Notes under the pieces: generated by a model
Database searches by the model: none
What the model saw: the letters and a program-made list of their open reading frames with translations, nothing else
What the model was told of the DNA's origin: nothing
NCBI GenBank assembly: GCA_002269645.1
Contig: NIVC01000961.1
Location: 1-33,415 of the forward strand
DNA length: 33,415 nucleotides
Reading direction: 5' to 3'
Origin: Macrostomum lignano
Taxonomy: Eukaryota
Made by a program: the position numbers and the translations under genes
Part shown: piece by piece, positions 29,568-33,415 of the stretch
Layout of the letters: every line of letters begins with the position of its first letter
How positions within the stretch are numbered: position 1 is the first letter of the stretch

Positions 29568-31201
29568 ATGCCGGATCTGTCAAAAATGCCGACCCAAACC
29601 TTCAACCGGGTTGCCGGAGTTTGCAAACGGAGCAGACAGCCGGGCGCGATGGAGAGGCCGGAGTCGCCAGTCGAGTTGGACAACAACCATTACAAGCAGA
29701 AGCCGAAGGCCTCCGTCTCGCGAACGAATCTGCAGCAGGTGCCCAATTTGCTCAACACCGCCGCCATAACCAGCAGAGTTTACTCGCTTAGCCTGGAGGA
29801 AAACAAGAAGATGGCCATCAAGGAAGTGATGTACGTCGATCTGTCCAGGTCAGCCAACTACACTGGCAGTCAGAAGGCCGCCTTGGCAAGGCCATTTTGG
29901 GTGCCGGCGCACATCCAGCAGGGCTGCTGGAGCGAGCAGCCGCCGTGCTACTGGAAGGTGGACATCCACTCAATGCAGGTGAGTGAGTCACTTGAGTTCC
30001 TGGCAATCTTGTGTCAGTTTGTTGTAGCCTGACTTCCTGCCCTGAGCACTATGTAGACCACAGGACCGAAAGGTACATGCATAAATTGTGGTAAGTTCTT
30101 AAAACTTCTGTGAGTCTTGGTATCGATAGTTATGAAACAGCTTTGCTCATTTATACCTTAAAAATATAAAAACTACAAAAATGACTGTACTCAGTAGCTA
30201 TCAGTCATTTAACTTCTAACGAAAAAGACACAAATATTTTTAGGAACTGGACAACGGAGCGGGCAAGCTGATTTACAACCCTCTGGCTGACTACACCCTG
30301 GAACTTATGCGGTTCTACCGGCCAGACTTGTTCGAGCACATCTTCCACTTGTTCCGGGTGAGATAAGCGACTTTTGGTTGAGCTTAGTTAATTAGTTAGT
30401 TAGTTAGTCAGTTAGTCAGTTAGTCAGTTAGTCAGTTAGTCAGTTAATCAGCTAGTCAGTTAGTCAGTTAGTCAGTTAGTCAGTTAGTCAGTTAGTCAGT
30501 CAGTCAGTTAGTCAGTTAGTCAGTTAGTCAGTTAGTCAGTCAGTCAGTTAGTCAGTTAGTCAGTCAGTCAGTCAGTTAGTCAGTTAGTCAGTTAGTCAGT
30601 TAGTCAGTTAGTCAGTTAGTCAGTTAGTCAGTTAGTCAGTTAGTCAGTCAGTCAGTTAGTCAGTTAGTCAGTCAGTCAGTCAGTTAGTCAGTTAGTCAGT
30701 TAGTCAGTTAGTCAGTTAGTCAGTCAGTCAGTTAGTCAGTTAGTCAGTTAGTCAGTCAGTCAGTCAGTTAGTCAGTTAGTCAGTCAGTCAGTTAGTCAGT
30801 TAGTCAGTTAGTCAGTTAGCAGTTAGTCAGTTAGTTAGGCTGTCGGGCTTACGTAATTTTTAGGCACATGAATTCTGCACAAAAAGAATTTTTCGAATCA
30901 CGCTACTGCTACAAAGTACATCAAGTGCAGGTCACGTGACTGCCTCTCGCATTCCTCCCCCCAGGTGTGGTGCAAACGGCTATACAACGATCGACAGGTG
31001 AGCACAATAAAGGAGATAATCCAGGCCGAGAAGCTCCCTCTGGAGGACTTCTCCGCACACTTCAGCCAGACCAGCCCCGTGGTGCCCACGCTGAGGTCGG
31101 CAACACTCGCCGACGACATTCTGCCAGAAATTGAGCACTATCTCGCCCTGCTGAGCATTCGCGCCTATTTGCTGAGGGACACCCTGATGCACATTCGCTG
31201 A
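29568..31201 (+). CDS. Unknown 253-aa protein, 3 exons, with a C-terminus resembling a degenerate hAT dimerisation domain
   Basis: GCCATG start at 29568. Exons 29568-29978, 30244-30357 and 30965-31201 are all phase 0 with strong GT-AG sites and GC-rich codons. AATAAA at 31255-31260. Confidence 0.8.
30384..30838 (+). repeat. (TTAG/TCAG)n compound microsatellite in intron 2 of the 253-aa gene
   Basis: Mostly GTTAGTCA units, which read (TGACTAAC)n on the minus strand. Confidence 0.98.
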
Positions 31202-31853
31202 GGCGGCAGCGAAACTTTCACTTTTTTGTTTTTATTTTCATGTTCAAACGAGCAAATAAACAAATTAATGTGGACATTCTTTCAGCTGCTGTTCATTTCT
31301 GTTTCATATTGGTGGATTACAAAAAGATAGGTCTTTTTTGTAAAACGTAAATCTTAGTGAACAGCGAGATTTTGTTCAAGAACTCTTGCGGCATGTTAGC
31401 TAAAAAAATCGTGGACTTCGATACAGTAAAATAGCGATTTCCACATAATGAAGTTCTAAAAAGCTAAAAGATGCACATGCAAAGTAAACAGTTGATCGCT
31501 AATACGCTCAATATTTTCTCCGATTGGAGTGCAAAGCTACAGGGTCTCTAAAACAGCAACTTTCCTACTCGTTGAGCCACTGAGTCCAAGTACTGGTCTG
31601 GTCCATACTTGGACGTCGCCCTACCAACGACCGACCAACCAACCGACCAACCTCCAGCCAAAACCAGCACTAATCCTTTGGAATGCTAACCCCATGCAGT
31701 GCGCGCCCACACCCACGCTTCAATTGTAGGAAGCCCTCGGCAGTCTTATTCTGCCGATCAATTTGGCTAGTAAAAATCAATAGCCCTTTTTGCATGCGTT
31801 TTGCTATATCGATTGTTCATGACGGTTGACTTGGGCGCAAGGATTTTCAGCTT

Positions 31854-31855
<2 letters not shown>

Positions 31856-31941
<86 letters not shown>
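31856..31941 (+). repeat. Pure (CT)n microsatellite, about 43 units
   Basis: Directly visible, and followed by TTTCTCTATTTCTCCCAG. Confidence 0.99.
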
Positions 31942-31947
<6 letters not shown>

Positions 31948-32244
31948 ATTTCTCCCAGAGCAGCTCTATACTAACAGCTGTAAAACACTGTGCTTGCCTG
32001 GCTCCTTCCACATTCCTATCCGGCCATATCCATAGAAATCTAATCGCTTTTAAGCTCCCACAGCTTACGTTTCTGGGAGCGTTCTACACTGCGCAGCGAG
32101 CCTTTTAAAATAGAAATTTCAGGTTCCAAAACGGTTGAACGGTGAGAAAGTTGCTCAAAATTCCGGATCTAAAAGAGCTGCTTCAGATTTGCTCCGATTC
32201 AGCGTAATCCTTCGCAGCTGCAAACACTACAAGGAAGAAGCAGC

Positions 32245-33415
32245 ATGTCTGAGAGCAGCAAAGGCGGAGGACTCACGATAGACGCCGCCGTGGAACAGAT
32301 CGGCTTCGGCCGGTTTCAGATCGGCCTGGTGGCCGTCTGCGGCACCGTCCAGGCCGCGGACGCCATGGAGATGGTCCTGCTGTCGTTTCTCGGTCGCAGC
32401 GTGCAGTGCCAGTGCACCTGTCGTCTCAACAGATCGCCTGGCTGGCAACCTGCGTCTTCATCGGGACAATGATCGGAGCTCCGATTCTGGGAGCGATCTC
32501 CGATCGGTACGGCCGGTGGAACGCACTGCTGCTGAGCGCATGCCTGATCGCCTACTACGGAGCTCTGTCAGCCGCGTCGCCCAGTCTGCCTTGGATTCTC
32601 ACTCTCCGAGGCTTCGTCGGTTCGCCATCGGCGGCCTCATCCGCTGACGTCGACCCTCACCGGCGAGTTTCTCCCAGTAAAATTCCGAGCATCCTTCCTC
32701 ATCGTCATGATGTCCTTCTGGACGCTGGGCGGCCTTTTCGAGGTCCTGATAGCCTGGCTGTCACTGGGCTCCGACGGCACCCTGAAACCCAACGGATGGC
32801 GGTTTATGTTGGCCGGCACCTCCGTGCCGCTGTTTCTCATCCTGCCGATGTTCTTCTGGCTGCCTCGGTCGCCCAGATTCCTGCTGGCATCCGGCCGACC
32901 CGAAGAGGCCCTGACGCAGCTCAATCGAGCAGCCAGGAGCAACAAGAGGCCGGAACTGACGGGACCTCTCAGCAACACCGCGCGCCAGGGGTGAGCGGGC
33001 CAGCCTGAAGGGCCTGTTCGCGCAACCCGACCATGACCAGGTAAGTCGCAGATGCTGTCCTAAAAGCACTGATTGACCATTTCTGACCGATGCTCAAAAT
33101 GACAATTCCAGACTCACCCTACTATCCATTGTGAACTGGATTGGGTGGATTCGCTCTACTACGGCCTGGTGCTGCTGAGCACAGAGCTGCCCGGCCAGCC
33201 GCACAGGTGCCTGCAGAACCTGCACCAGATGAGCGCGGCCTCGTCCGACAAGTCCAGCACCGAGTGCTGCCAGGCTTGAGCAGCGAAGATTATGCAACTG
33301 CCGCTTTCGCTACTCTCGGAGAGTTCTTTGGCTACCTGATCATCATCTGTTCATTGATACCTGCGGCAGGCGGCCGTGATCGCGTCCAAGTACGGGGTGC
33401 TCAGCGTCCTGCTCG
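32245..33415 (+). CDS. SVOP: SV2-related MFS transporter (SVOP-like), 5' part, interrupted by multiple 1-nt frameshifts; runs off the window
   Basis: Pieces in successive frames: DAAVEQIGFGRFQ, ADAMEMVLLS, GAISDRYGR, YYGALSA...WILTLRGFVG, TLTGEFLP, FWTLGGLFEV, GWRFML, FWLPRSPRF and YYGLVLLSTEL, collinear with SVOP. GT-AG intron at 33041-33111. Confidence 0.88.

Noticed and set aside
30384-30838. Interstitial telomeric repeat
   Set aside because: Units are TTAG/TCAG, not TTAGGG or TTAGG.
32245-33415. Programmed ribosomal frameshifting in SVOP
   Set aside because: Too many shifts in both directions, with no slippery heptamers or stimulatory structures.

Overview
Eukaryotic (animal-type) genomic DNA with GC-rich spliced exons in an AT-rich, tandem-repeat-rich background. 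The style resembles free-living flatworm assemblies such as Macrostomum, but that is an inference. Spliced genes reconstructed on the + strand: IMP4 (3 exons); a flavin-containing monooxygenase (FMO); elongation factor 2 (6 exons, ATG-only first exon, one GC-AG intron); an unknown 253-aa three-exon gene whose C-terminus resembles a hAT dimerisation domain; and the 5' part of an SVOP-like MFS transporter with many 1-nt frameshifts. The main hidden structure is that the apparently orphan exon at 17463-18019 splices in frame onto the FMO, giving about 654 aa with a DUF6314-like tail, an architecture I recall from fungi and other microbes. The resulting 7.2-kb intron hosts an antisense, spliced gene for a ~544-aa protein that is about 25% Arg+Lys, with two TATA boxes and a possible signal-peptide exon. 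The window also holds a decayed mariner transposase, two clean MITEs with target-site duplications, and several mini/microsatellites that sit on or reuse splice-site or start-codon sequence. No rRNA, tRNA or CRISPR features were found.
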